Shown one piece after another: positions 21,440-34,153 of a DNA stretch of 64,000 bases. Source of the DNA: Antechinus flavipes (lineage: Eukaryota); NCBI RefSeq assembly GCF_016432865.1, contig NC_067403.1:248062001-248126000 (forward strand), written 5' to 3'. Position numbers and translations under genes: made by a program. The notes below the pieces were generated by a model. The model saw only the letters and a list, made by a program, of their open reading frames with translations, made no database searches and was not told the DNA's origin. Each line of letters starts with the position of its first letter. Position 1 is the stretch's first letter.

Positions 21440-24090
21440 AATTTATTCATCAGAAGACTGAATAAGCAAATTAATTTATATAGAATTGTCATTTTTATTA
21501 TCTTGACTTGGCCTAACCATAGCAGTTAATGTGTCTGTGATTATTTAACTCGGTCTTTAACAATTAACAATTTAACAATTGTATGGTCCCTGTATTTGTC
21601 TTAGTGTTCTGCTACCCAGAGTGATTTTTTAAGATAAAATTCCAATATTTTAATATAACAGGTTTTCTAAATAATCTCAATAGTAATTGCCAGCTAATTC
21701 TCAGACTGTAGAAAAACTTGTTCCTGGCTCCTTCATACCAATGCCTAGATTCAATAGTGACTGAGCATCTGTGGGTGGCCAAGGAATACTGTATATATCA
21801 GAATTCTGAAGTCTTTCTAAATTTCTACTTTTGCATTTATCCTTTACCCTTTTGCATTTATCATCATTTAATTGAAACTATTCTTTCCTATTACAAGTGA
21901 TTCCTTTTTATTTCTCCTTTTGGGGTAACTTTTAACATTAATTTTTTAAAATTGAGTTTTAAATTCTCTCCTTTGCACTCCTCCCCTACCCATTGGAAAG
22001 GCAATCTATATGATATCAGTTATATGTGTGGTCATACAAAAATCTATTTTCATATATTAGTCTTGTTGCAGAAAAAAACCCCAATCCTTAACAAAAAAAG
22101 AAAACAAAAAAACATGTATTAGTGATGTTGCAAAACAAAAATCCAACACCCACAAAAAACAAAGCAAAAAAACTCACAATAAGGAAAGTGAAAAAATAGT
22201 AAATTTACATTTGCACCAATTTCTTCTCTGGAGGTAGATAGCATTTTTCACTATGGATTCTTGGAATAGTTTTATATTAGATCATTCTCTTGATGAGGAT
22301 GGCTATATCATTTATAATTGACCATTGCGTTGCCATTTTTCAACTATATCCAACTCTTTTTAACCTTATTTAGGGTTTTCTTGGCAAAGATACTGGAGTG
22401 GTTTGACATTTCTCCTCCAGCTGATTTCGAGTTGAGGAAGTGAGGCAAACAAAACTAAGCTAAGAGACTTGATCAAGATTATACAAGATTGTTTTAATGA
22501 TAATCCCTTTGTCGTATAGTTGAAAACCTGGTACTAGTAGTCTCATTTTTCCCCTTTTGATCTGATTTTTGGGGGCAACATGACAAATATGAAAATATGT
22601 TTAAAAGAATTGCATATATTTAATGTACATCAGATTGCTTGCTGTCTTGAAGAGTTAAAGTGAAGAGAGAGGAGAGGGGAGGATAAGGAAAAAAAATTTG
22701 AACCATAAGGTGAATATTGAAAATTCTCTTTGCATGTATTTGGAAAAATAAAATACTACTAGTATATAACAAAGGGATTATCATTAAAACAATCTTGTAG
22801 TGGCTAAGAGATAGAGTGGTATATTAATGGAGGAGATTAAGTTTACAATGCACAGTAAAGTGGTGTAATATATAGAGTACTAGAGTCAGGATGACATCTT
22901 CATCAGTTCAAATCTGGCTTCAGACACTAGCTATGTAATCACATTCATTTTCATCAGTATTGTTATTCTTGACCTTTTGTTCTTTCAGAAGAATTTTTTT
23001 TATTATTTTTCAGGCATTATAAAATGATTCTCTGGTAGTTTGATTGGGATAAGACTGAATAAGCAAATTAATTTAGATAGAGTTGTCATTTTATTATCTT
23101 GACTTGGCCTACTCATAGCAATTAATGTCTGTGATTATTTAACTCTGTCTTTATTTGTATGAAGTATTTTACAATTGTGCTCATATGGTCCCTGTATTTG
23201 TCTTAGTTTTCTGCTGCCCAGAGTGATTTTTTTTTCTATGTGAATTTGACACTACTAATCTTTCAATTTTTGAATAAAGACTGTCATTTTCTGTATTAGC
23301 TGTCCTTCCTAGATTTGTGTCATATGCAGATCTGATAAACATATAATCTATGCCTTTATTCCAGCCATTGAATAAAAAAATGCAAACATTAACTAAAATA
23401 AGACCAATTATGATTTCTCATGATTTTATTCTAGAGACTATATATATCACTCATTTAATGTGTTTAATATATTATTTTTCCCAGTTACATGTAAAACAAT
23501 TTAAAAAAAAACATTTATTTTTAAAGCTTTAATTTCTGGATTCTCTCCCTTCTTCCTTCTAGCCATGTCCCCTCCCACTGAGAAGACACATTTGAAGGTA
23601 ACCACATATACCATTAAGATGGTATATCTTAATATAGCATCTACTCTTGGAGTCCATCCATTCAATCATTTTTGCATATCTCTGTATTGTTATCTAATAT
23701 TTATCTTTCCATCTCCACAATAATGAAATACTTTATGAAAATGTTTATTAAAATCAAAGTATATTTTATCCACAGCAGTTTCTTCATGTGTTTAGAAATC
23801 ATGTGGAAAAAAGAAAGCTGTCAGTATAGATTCATTGATGCTTATTTTTAAATGTAGCCATGCTGATTCTTTTTTCATTTTAATAGTATTTTATTAGAAT
23901 TTTCAACATTCACCTTTGCAAAACCTTGTGTTACATATTTTTGTCCCTCTCTTCCTTTCTCTCCACTACTCAAGACAACAAGCAATCTGATATAGGTTAA
24001 ACATATGCAAATCTTTTGAACATATTTTCATATTTGTAATGTTGTTCCAAATATCAGATTAAAAAGGAAAAATGAGATTTTTGATATATC
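21440..24090. mobile_element. Mosaic of L1 fragments (both strands) and a CORE-RTE SINE piece at about 22340-22480
   Basis: L1 3' ends at about 21900-22330 (-), 22500-22760 (+) and 23870-24090 (-); ORF2 pieces at about 21449-21630 and 22960-23240; cttggcaaagatactggagtggtttg at about 22380. Confidence 0.7.
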
Positions 24091-25096
24091 AAAATCATTG
24101 TTCCATTATTCCAGTCATTTTCAACTCTTTATAACATAATTTGGGAATAGTCTGCCATTTCCTCCCCCAGCTCACTTTAAAAAAAAAGGGGGGGGGAATT
24201 GAGGTAAATAGAATTAAGTGACTTGCCCAAAAAAGAAAAATCCTAAAATTTTGCCTTTGATGTGACATATTCTCCTGGAAGGATAAAATAAAGGCCACTA
24301 CCTTTAAATGACCACTGTGAGAAAGTATATAATATTAACATTTTTGTCTGCATAATTTAAAATAATATAATTATGATTCAAGATATTAAAATATAAATAT
24401 ATTAAAAATAAAATAAAAATAAAAAATATAAAAAATGCTGAATCCTTAGGAGTCATTTCTATATTTACAATGAAACTAAACATGAACTCACATACCTTAC
24501 CTCCAAAAATCAGAATGAAGAAATATGGACAAGAATTATGAAAAATAATGTTAGTTATAAGCCCATATGAATAATCAAGAGTTGTATTAAAATGCTACTA
24601 ATGCTTTTGGTGTAATTTATTTCTGACCTGAGTCTATCTAGTTCCTAGCCAGAAATTAACACCATAAAAGCTACACAAATTTTAAGATGAATTAAATAGG
24701 AAGTCATGTGTCATAAGCTATAGCATGATTAGTGAAATCAAATTGTCATTTGTACCATATTAAAGGGAACAAAGAACCATTTATTAAATATAATTTTAAA
24801 CTTAAAAGTATTCCTGTTATGAATACAAATGAAGAAATACATGATGAAAGAGATTAAATGCCTTCTTGAGGGACACAAAACAGAAAATTGTCACAATAAA
24901 TATTCACCCTTGTGATATCTTCTGATTCAAACTTCAATACTGCACAATATGTCTTCTGGGAAATATAAAATCAACATTTCTTCACTTTAAAAATTAATCT
25001 GAGTTAACTTAGATATAGGAGATTTATAATGAGACTTTTCATGAATTAGCATTGATAAAGTATAATTTGAAATTCTAAAACCATCTTCAAACTTTT

Positions 25097-26041
25097 TTAT
25101 ATATCTAATGGATATTTTTTCCCAGTGGCTTTTCTAAAAGCATTCTTGACTTCCTTGTTCCTCAAGCTATAGACTAAAGGATTTAGCATGGGAATGATTA
25201 TAGTGTAGAATACTGATGCCATTTTATCTGTGTCCATTGAATGGCTTGAGCTGGGCTGAAAGTACATGAAGATGATTGTCCCATAAAAAATGGACACAGT
25301 TGTGAGATGGGAAGCACAGGTAGAGAAGGCCTTATGCCGCCCTTCAGAAGAGTGAATCCTTAGGATGGCAATGAAAATGAATACATAGGATGTCACTATT
25401 ACCAAGAGGGTGAAAGATACATTAAATCCTGCTAAAATAAAGACCACCATCTCAGTGATATGGATATCAGAACAGGAGAGAACCAAGAGTGGAGGAATGT
25501 CACAGAAAAAGTGATGGATCACATTGGAACCACAAAAGGAGAGGTGAAAGGTACATCCGATGTTAATGGATGACTGAAGGAAGCTACAGATATAAACCCC
25601 AATCGCCAACCGAATACAAACGCTCAGTGTCATGGTGGTGCTATAATGTAGGGGCTTACATACTGCTGCATGGCGATCATATGCCATCACAGCTAGAAGA
25701 AAACAATCCACACTTGCAAAGGTCGTGAAGAAGAACATTTGTGCGGCACATCCATTATAAGAGATGACTTTGTCCCCTGTGAGGAATCCAGCTATTACCT
25801 TGGGAGTAACAGCAGAAGAATATCCCAAATCCACCAAAGACAGATTACTGAGGAAAAAATACATTGGGTTATGGAGATGGGTGTCCCAGGAGATCAGCAC
25901 TACCATACCAAGGTTTCCCAACAGAGTGATCAAATAAATAATAGTGAAAATTATGAAGAGAGGGATCTGAAGTTCTGGGGTATCTGTTAACCCCATAAGA
26001 ATGAATTCATTCACTTCTGAGTGATTTTCCAAAGATGCCAT
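25097..26041 (-). CDS. OR5B: Olfactory receptor, OR5B subfamily, intact (OR-3, 314 aa)
   Basis: Full ORF: NHS glycosylation site, [53 protein letters not shown]. Confidence 0.95.
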   Translation of the reverse strand: MASLENHSEVNEFILMGLTDTPELQIPLFIIFTIIYLITLLGNLGMVVLISWDTHLHNPMYFFLSNLSLVDLGYSSAVTPKVIAGFLTGDKVISYNGCAAQMFFFTTFASVDCFLLAVMAYDRHAAVCKPLHYSTTMTLSVCIRLAIGVYICSFLQSSINIGCTFHLSFCGSNVIHHFFCDIPPLLVLSCSDIHITEMVVFILAGFNVSFTLLVIVTSYVFIFIAILRIHSSEGRHKAFSTCASHLTTVSIFYGTIIFMYFQPSSSHSMDTDKMASVFYTIIIPMLNPLVYSLRNKEVKNAFRKATGKKYPLDI

Positions 26042-27377
26042 TTCAGGATAGGGTTGCTCACCTGTAACAAGACAGAAATCAGCAGAAGTAACTCAGCATA
26101 GTTAAATCTGAAGCATTAATGATGATCAAAGTGTGAACAAAAGCACAAGAGAGCAGCTAAAAATATAGATGGTCATAGTTTCTACTGCAACTCCCCATAA
26201 ACTCCTGACTAATGTTTCCAATTTTTTTTCACTCTACTATAGGCTCAATAATTTCAAAGGTATAATAGTAAGCCTCATTGTCAGGAAGTGCATCTTTGCT
26301 CTGATGAAAATCATCATGGGAAGCAAAACTTTTCTTTTGAATTTGGTCCATTTTAATGAAGGAGAAAGAAGAGAAAAAAAATTGAGTCACAGAAATAAGG
26401 AGAGAAAAATTTAGTGACAAAAGGGAAGAGCAGTTATGATGGTTGGAGTTCCAGTGGGTATTTTTAGGACAGGTCCAAATGCTGATAGGATATCTGTGCA
26501 ATGAAGTTAAATTATTACTTTTCCACTTACCACTTAAATAATTATAAATAATTCCACTCACCACTTAAAAAATAAATGCAAGTCAATCTTTTCAAAAAGA
26601 ATTTTCAGGAATCACTTGAGGATAAATACTTTTTTTTTCTAAACTGAATTTTCTTAACAATGTCTTTTCTCCACTTTCAATGCTTTAACATAACCAGCAT
26701 ATAAACAGATGGTTCCATACACGTGTTTGAAGGAAATTTTGTCCTTTTGTCTATTTCTTGATTTGCCAAAGAAATTTTCTATCAAAGGACAATTTTGTAC
26801 TGTCTTTTGTTTGCTTTTGGACAAGATCTAGTTATAAATACCAGGGTTTTACTTTAAGTCTTTCTTGATTAGAAGAACCAAATTAATCCACATCTCACTC
26901 TTTTGAAAACTTTTGGAATCTAGTTTCATCACTCTTTCACATTGGGACTTTGGGAAGAGCAAGACTTAAGTAAGGCACTTCATGTTAGCCAAGGCAACTT
27001 TCACTGTGAAATAATCAAATTATTACTGAAGACAGAATCTGGAAGCATGGAAGAACCATGAGTATGATTCATATCTGATTGATAATTGCCACTACAACAT
27101 CCTCTGATGAAGGCAGGAAAAATCATAAAAAGAAGTGAGGTTGATTAAATTAAAATAATAAAAATGAATAGGTCAACAGCTCTGCAGGCATTTTGTAAAA
27201 TAATTAACAGGCAAGATGGCATAGATATCCTAATGTAGGAGGATATATTTGTTCTTAAAGATATCACTGAGATTTTGTGGGATGATAAATACATGATTGC
27301 AATACAGATCTTGAATAATATATATTATTTAAAATATATTATTCTACTAATCCTATAGAAACAAGTTGGAGGATTAT

Positions 27378-27384
27378 GTGTATG

Positions 27385-27421
<37 letters not shown>
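27378..27421. repeat. (TATG)/(TA)n microsatellite
   Basis: Direct reading. Confidence 0.95.
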
Positions 27422-27425
<4 letters not shown>

Positions 27426-28724
27426 AATGCATGCACACAGATATGCATCTGTTTATAGATAAATACATATAGATATATGTGCATGTGTTTATATATGAGT
27501 CAATATGTCTATATTTATCTATCTATAGAAATTCTGGAAGAAGAAAGGAAATGTGTCATGGAAAATATTTTGATAAAGATCAATGGAATCAGAAATAGGA
27601 ACAGCATTGTCATCAGAGTTGACTAGGGATAATATGATCAAGAAGAGAAAATGAGTGAGGAATTTGAAAAACACCACAAGCCTGGACAAAGTGTATTTTC
27701 AATATGTTATTTCATCATCTTTTGAAGCAGGGAATAGGAAAGTCCATTTTAACATCTCATTCTAGATTAGATCTAGGAGTTTCACTTCACATTATAACAA
27801 ATAGTTCAAAGTGACTATTGCTAGCTTGGTGCTAAGATAGTTATATCAATCCCATAAATGCTACTTTTGCACTCACCTGATCTGATAACTGAGCCAATTA
27901 GATGTAGACATATCCTTAAAATGTGGTCTCCTTATTGCATTTAATATTAGGTGGTTTTGAGTCCCCGTATATAAAATCCTTATGAGCAAATAGAAGACAA
28001 ACATATTTTCCTTTTTCATAATATCAGTTGCTAATGTTTCTATTTGCACTTAAAGTTTTGCAAAATACTTTACACACTTCATCCCGTTTGGTACTCACGA
28101 CAATCCTGGAGGTAGGTGCTATTATTATTCTTACTTTACAGATGAGAAAATCAAGACATTTAGTGCACACAATTGTTAAATGTTTGAAAGTAGATTTAAA
28201 TTTGGATCTTCTTGATTCTAAATCCAAATCTCTATGCACTTCACTAATAATATGTTAGAAAAAATGTAGGCCTAGTAGTCCAGAAGATTTGGGTCAAAAT
28301 TCTACCTCAGACATTTTGCAAGCTGTATAGCCCTCAGAGAATCCCTTAATTTTTCTTATTCTATCTGAAAACCTATAAAATGAGGACATAAATAATAATT
28401 GCATCTTTCTTATAGAATCATGAGATTAAAATGAGTCATCAGATGCAAACCATTATTAAAGGTAAGTTGAAATGATTGGAGGCAGGACCGATGTCTTATA
28501 TAAACTTTGTATCACCTTCAGAGTTTAACAGAATGCTTTGTGAATGGTGTATCCTTATATAAATATTGTAAATATTTTTTTAAACATTTCACTAACATTA
28601 AGCAATGCTGACATACTTTGCTGCTGTTCATCATTTTTCTCTAATTTGTTTCTACTAATCCTGTTTCATCTGAATAATGTATAATCTTCAAGGTCTGTAT
28701 TTCAGTGATGTATTTATCATCCCA

Positions 28725-28947
28725 CAAATGTGTCTAACCATTCATGACTTCATTTGGGATTTTCTTAGCAAAGATGGTTTGTCATTTCCTTCTCCAATTC
28801 ACTTAAAATGAGGAAATTAAGGCAGTGTTAAGTGACCTGCCCTGAAGTCACACAGTTGGTAAGTATCTGAGACTAGATTTGAATTCAGGAAGATAAATGT
28901 TCCTTACTCCAGGTTCAGCACACTAACCACTGTGCCATTTAGCTGCC
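28725..28947 (-). mobile_element. CORE-RTE SINE (WALLSI1/MAR1-like)
   Basis: ttttcttagcaaagat...catttccttctcca...gaattcaggaagat...ccactgtgccatttagctgcc. Confidence 0.75.
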
Positions 28948-29067
28948 TGATACACTTTTTCAAAATGCCCTTTTACTTAGTCCAAGACAATCATCCTGAG
29001 AAGGTGTGATGTGGCAAATAATAACTGACATTTTAATAACATTTTAAAATTTGAAATTATCTATTTT

Positions 29068-29195
29068 GGGGGCAACTAGATGTTGCAGTGGACAGAGTTC
29101 TAGCCCTGAAGACAGGAGGACCTGAGACACTTATTAATAGCTGTGTGGCTCAGGCCAAGTCATTTAATCCAAATTGCCTCACAAAAAAAGGAAAA
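29068..29195 (+). mobile_element. WSINE1-type SINE with internal deletion
   Basis: ggggcaactagatgttgcagtggacagag...gccctgaagacaggaggacctgag...aaattgcctcac plus A tail. Confidence 0.8.
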
Positions 29196-29714
29196 AAAAT
29201 ACATTTCTTTAATTAGTTATTACAGATATTATGATCACAGTATTATAAATGAGGAAAATGAGGTTGAACACACACAATTTGTATCAGAGAGAAAACACGC
29301 AGATCCATTTGTTCCTAGAATCATTCAGCAATGCCTTATCCTTCAAATATATCAAGGAAATGTGGGTTGAGGTTCTTAGAACTTACCAATCTAGAGAAAT
29401 AAAGATAGAGCTCAGGATGGTAGAAAAAGACAAGCACTTTCACATTAGCTCTTCCTAATCCTAGGAAGGAACTTATTCTGTTGAAGAAACTACTCCTTCA
29501 TCCCTAATACTGTGTTCAATGGTCCCTATTCCAAGAGAAATTATTTTTAGTCATTGCTTCTTTGTTTTGAAATGGAGTTATTGAATTTATCTTCTGCATA
29601 GTTTCAAGATTAGTAATGATTGAATGATTGAGAGGACTTTTTCCTCCAGGTGGTTCCTATAGAAATTAACTCTAATAGTGCATCATTTAGAGGTGAGTGG
29701 CTGAAGGTGGGAAT

Positions 29715-29880
29715 CAAGGAGAGGTTTTATAAAGATCTAGGCATGAAATTACTCTTAGGAGACCATGCCACCTTGGAGAAACCTGGCAGTTCTTCATTCG
29801 GCTCATGAACAAAACAAGCCATTAACTCTGCTGTACCCATGGGGACCAAGTCTTGATCATCTAAAGAGACCATGCTCTCA
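29715..29880 (-). promoter_or_regulatory. Candidate promoter module of OR-3
   Basis: ttttataaag at about 29725 (TATAAAA on minus), ccttggaga 29771-29779, cattaa 29820-29825, cccatgggga 29836-29845 (O/E consensus CCCNNGGG). Confidence 0.7.
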
Positions 29881-30770
29881 CAGGTACTTTCTTAGTGTCA
29901 TTTTAAATTCATTGAAGTTAGTTATTCTTAGTTTATTCAGAAAAGAAGCTCTAGAGGAAGGTATTTAAAGGCATTACTTCAGATTATATAATTTTCATAG
30001 GTATGAATAAAGAATTGTTTGTTAATCAAAGAATGGATAAGTGATATTTAAAAAAAAAATTAAAAAAACTTTTGCATGAACAAAATTAACATAGCTAAAA
30101 TAAGAAGAAAAACAGCTGATTGGTGAAAAACAGTTACATCAAATATCTCTGGAAAGGGTGATGGTTGTAGTGGTAGTTATTGTAGGAGTAGTAACATTGA
30201 CAATTAACATTTACATGGCACAAATATTTTACATATATTATCTCAATTGATTTTGAATTGCTGAAAGTATCTACCACTAGGAACCTGATAGCAACTCAAG
30301 ATGTTACCAATAATAATAAAATGTTAATTTCTATTGCTTGCCATTTGATGTCCTAAGATTAAGGAATGAAATACAAAACAGAATAGGCATTCAGGAACTT
30401 GAGGTCCAGTCTCAGTTTCATGCACACAAACACATATTCTTGCTGCCATGTGCTTGAGCTATAGCAACTATGGCTTCTGAAGCCAGTGGAAAATGAGAAG
30501 AGAAAATCGCTTCTCATCTTGTTGGAAGCTCAAGAGAAAGATGACAATAAATCTGTCTCAACATAGAATAGCTCAAAAGATATGGGAGGCTCAATCTTTC
30601 TACAATTCTATAGCATAATGAAGTTTGGGAGGTTCTTCTACAAGAACTCACCCTCAATGATATTCCTTGACTAATCCTCTCTGATACATTCTCATACTCA
30701 GATCCATTTCCCATGGGGAAACATGAAACCAATTAGGTTTTGCTATATTATCTCCTGATTAGCTAGGTGG

Positions 30771-30990
30771 TACAGTGGATAGAACACAGGGCTCGGAATC
30801 AGGAAGATTCATCTTCCTGAGTTCAATTCCAACCTCAGACATTTACTAGCTCTGTGACCCTGGACAAATTGCTACCTCTGTTTCCTCATCTGTACAATGA
30901 GCTGGAGAAGAAAATGGCTAAGCACTCAAGTATCCTTGCCAAAAAATCCCAAATGACTTCATGAAGTTAGAAGAACAACTGAATGATAAT
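30771..30990 (+). mobile_element. CORE-RTE SINE (WALLSI1/MAR1-like)
   Basis: agctaggtggtacagtggatag...atcttcctgagttc...gagctggagaagaaaatggc...agtatccttgccaaaaaatccc. Confidence 0.8.
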
Positions 30991-31099
30991 AAATATCACT
31001 TCAGCCAAGTAAAGAAGCTATCCCAAAATAAGAGACTAATCTGTAAGCCTATCTCTAAAAAGCCAGTAGATCCATTTGAATTTTTTAAATAAGGCTAAT

Positions 31100-31560
31100 T
31101 CAATGAGGACTAAATGTATGATGGCATTAGGTAATACATTAACTGAAAAATATCTGGGAGTTTTAGTAGACTTTAAACTCAATATGAATCAATGATGTGA
31201 TATGGTAACCAAAATACTAACACTAATATGTAGAAATTTTTTATTGTTTTTTAATGGTTGAAAATTGATTCATAGAATGTTATTTTGTCTGGACCATAAA
31301 GGATATAGCATTAAATAAAGAGGCACATTACCTAGAATGAAGGTGAAAGTCAAATTATTCTCTGCACTCCTCAAATAATGTCTGTAGTGTAGTATTTGGT
31401 TATGGTACAATATTTTGAAAGAAAATAAATTGAAGCATATATAGAGAACAATAGCAAAGATGGTGAAGAGACTGCTGACCATACTATCTGAAGATCTTTG
31501 GAAGCAAATAAAGATATTGAACCTCAAAGACTCAGAGGTCATCAAGCCAAATTGAAATGA
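31100..31560 (+). mobile_element. CR1/L3 LINE fragment
   Basis: ggagttttagtagactttaaactcaatatgaatcaatgatgtgatatgg. Confidence 0.6.
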
Positions 31561-31949
31561 CTCTCCTATATTATGTAGAAATTGTCATGCAACTTTTACT
31601 TGGAGATTTCCAAGTAAATATTCCTTCTGAGCACTTCCATTTACTTGATTTTGTCACACTAAATCTAAACATGACTCCGCAGGTTCCATCTATATATTTT
31701 ATTCCAGTCTTTCAGGGCCAAGAATCACAAGACTAATTTCTATTTCATAGCTGCAAGTAGATGGCTCCCCTTTATTCATCTATTCTCTTTTTAAATCTGA
31801 TTAAATCAATATTTGTTAAGCCCTCATTACATGCTAGGCATTATTTTAAAGTCTGAACATACAATTAATAAAAAGAATGATAGTTTGTACCCTCAAGGAG
31901 CTCATATTCTAATGGGAAAAGTCACCGTGCAAAAGAAATAGGCTCCTGG

Positions 31950-33255
31950 GTTTTACACTAGGAAAACTATTAATTGAATTGATTACATAAATAAATAAAA
32001 TAATACAAATATGATTATTTTAATAGACAAAAAACATTTTTGAGAAAATAAAATACTCGTTTCTATTAAAAATACCTGAAAGCATAGGTATAAATGGATT
32101 TTGTATTAAATCAATAAAAAGTATTTACTTAAGACCAGCAGCAAGAAATATTTCTAATGGGGATGAGCTAGAATGAGCTAAAAGTCTTCCCAGAAAGATC
32201 AGGTATGAAACAAGAATATCCACTGTCACTAATATTATTCAGTATTGTATTGGAAATCCTAGCACTAATAAAACAATAAAAGAAAAAAGAAATAGAATCA
32301 GAATTGGAAATGTGGTAATAAAACGATCTCTTTCCACAGATGTTATAATGATATGCTTAGAAAATTCCAAAGATTCGATTAAAAAGTTGATTGAAATCAC
32401 TAATGATTTTAGCAAAGTAGCAGGAAACATAAATCATCAGCATATATATCATCAACAAAACACTGAAAGGAGATATAGTAAGAGATGCCCATTTTAAATA
32501 ATTCTAGAAAGCATGAAATATCTGGAATTATTCCTGACAAAACAAATCCAAGAACTATATATTAACAGAATTATATAAAAAGCAATATTAAAAAAAATTA
32601 GATTAGATTTTGTTAATTGGAAAGATGTTGTTTATGAATACAGGGTCAACATAATAAAATGACAATTTCACTTAATCTAATTTATATATTAATGCCATCC
32701 CAAATTAAATTACCAAAAAACATTTTACTGAGTTAGAACAAATGATAACAAAATTCATTTAGAAGAATACAGGGTCAAGAATATTGAAAGAACTAATGAA
32801 ATAAACTGTAAATGAAAAATTATAGCAGTACCAGAATTTAAACTTCATTATAAGGCAGTAATTTTCAAAACTGGTACTGTCTAAGAAATAGAAAGATAGA
32901 TTGCAGGAACGGTGTGGACATATAATGTACAACAGTAAATGACTATAGTAAACTAACTTTTGACAAGTAATGAAGACAAATTTGGGGAACAAGAATTCAT
33001 TATTTGCCTACAATTATTGGGAAGGCTGGAAAATTGGCAAAAATTGGACACAGACCAAAAAAGGAAGTTACACGATAACTTTATTATATATTTAAAAGGA
33101 ATAGCAAGTTGTACATAATAGATTTGCAGTTTTATATGTTATCATTTCTTCCCCCCCCTCAATCTACTATGTTATAGAAATCCATGTTTTATTTCTTAAT
33201 TTCAGAATAAAATTAAAAATAAACAAATTAATTAAATTGAAATAAAAATTTTAAA
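31950..33255 (+). mobile_element. Degraded L1 ORF2 (RT region) plus 3' end
   Basis: agatcaggtatgaaacaagaatatccactgtcac...acagatgttataatgatatgcttagaaaattcc (decayed RT motifs); AT-rich tail at about 33200-33250. Confidence 0.8.
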
Positions 33256-33439
33256 AGGAGATAGGAAAGCAGGGTAAGAAAAACCATGAAGTGACCAGCA
33301 TGGGAGCATCTTGTTAAGTGGAGTTAAAAATCGGCGGAAGTAGCAGATTTCAAGTGGAGTGAATAAAAGTCCAGTTTCTACCCTATATCAAGGGGAAGTT
33401 TAATACTCTATCTTCTATCCCTTCAATCCAAAAGAAGAA

Positions 33440-33900
33440 AAATACTGAGACAGGTGGTATCACTTAAGGCTTAAGTTAGGAGCACGGTGATAAATTTGGA
33501 TGTGACTTAATCTGAGAGACACCTTTTTACCATGAATTTGAAATCTGACAGAGCAGCAGGTATAAAGTGAATACTTTTTTCCCTCCACTACAAACATACC
33601 CAGTTTCTTCAGCTGATTTTTATATGAACATTTTATGAGTTCACTTCCTCTGTATATGATCCAGATGTCACTTGCATTCAGAACTCTAAAAAAATACTCC
33701 AGATGTGGTTTAAGGCAGATCAGAATCATTGTCACATTCATAATGCATATTATCTGTCCCTTAATATAGGCTAGGATTATGATGGGGTATTGGTTATCAT
33801 GATGAAATATTTATTCTCATTAAGTTTGCAGTTTAGTCAAATTCCTAAATCTTCTCACAGAAAGCATAACTTTCACCCTGACATTAGTGCCACCTGATTT
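33440..33900 (-). mobile_element. CR1/L3 LINE fragment
   Basis: cccagtttcttcagctga...ccagatgtcacttgcattcagaactc...ccagatgtggtt. Confidence 0.55.
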
Positions 33901-34153
33901 TCATTACAATGCATTTTAGCAACATTAAAAAACCTGAGAAATATTGCCAATTGACTCCCAGTTTCTGGAAAGGTCTATTTCTATCCACTGAAGGCCAGGG
34001 AAGAAGGTTTTACTATTGTTTGTTATTTATTTGTTTTAACATCTGAGTCTATTGTCAACCATGGTGCAAAATCATTTACTCTGTGTATGATAGAAAGAAG
34101 GGCACAAGAAAACAAAACATTTTTATAATTCAAGGGCTGAAGTATTGCTCATT

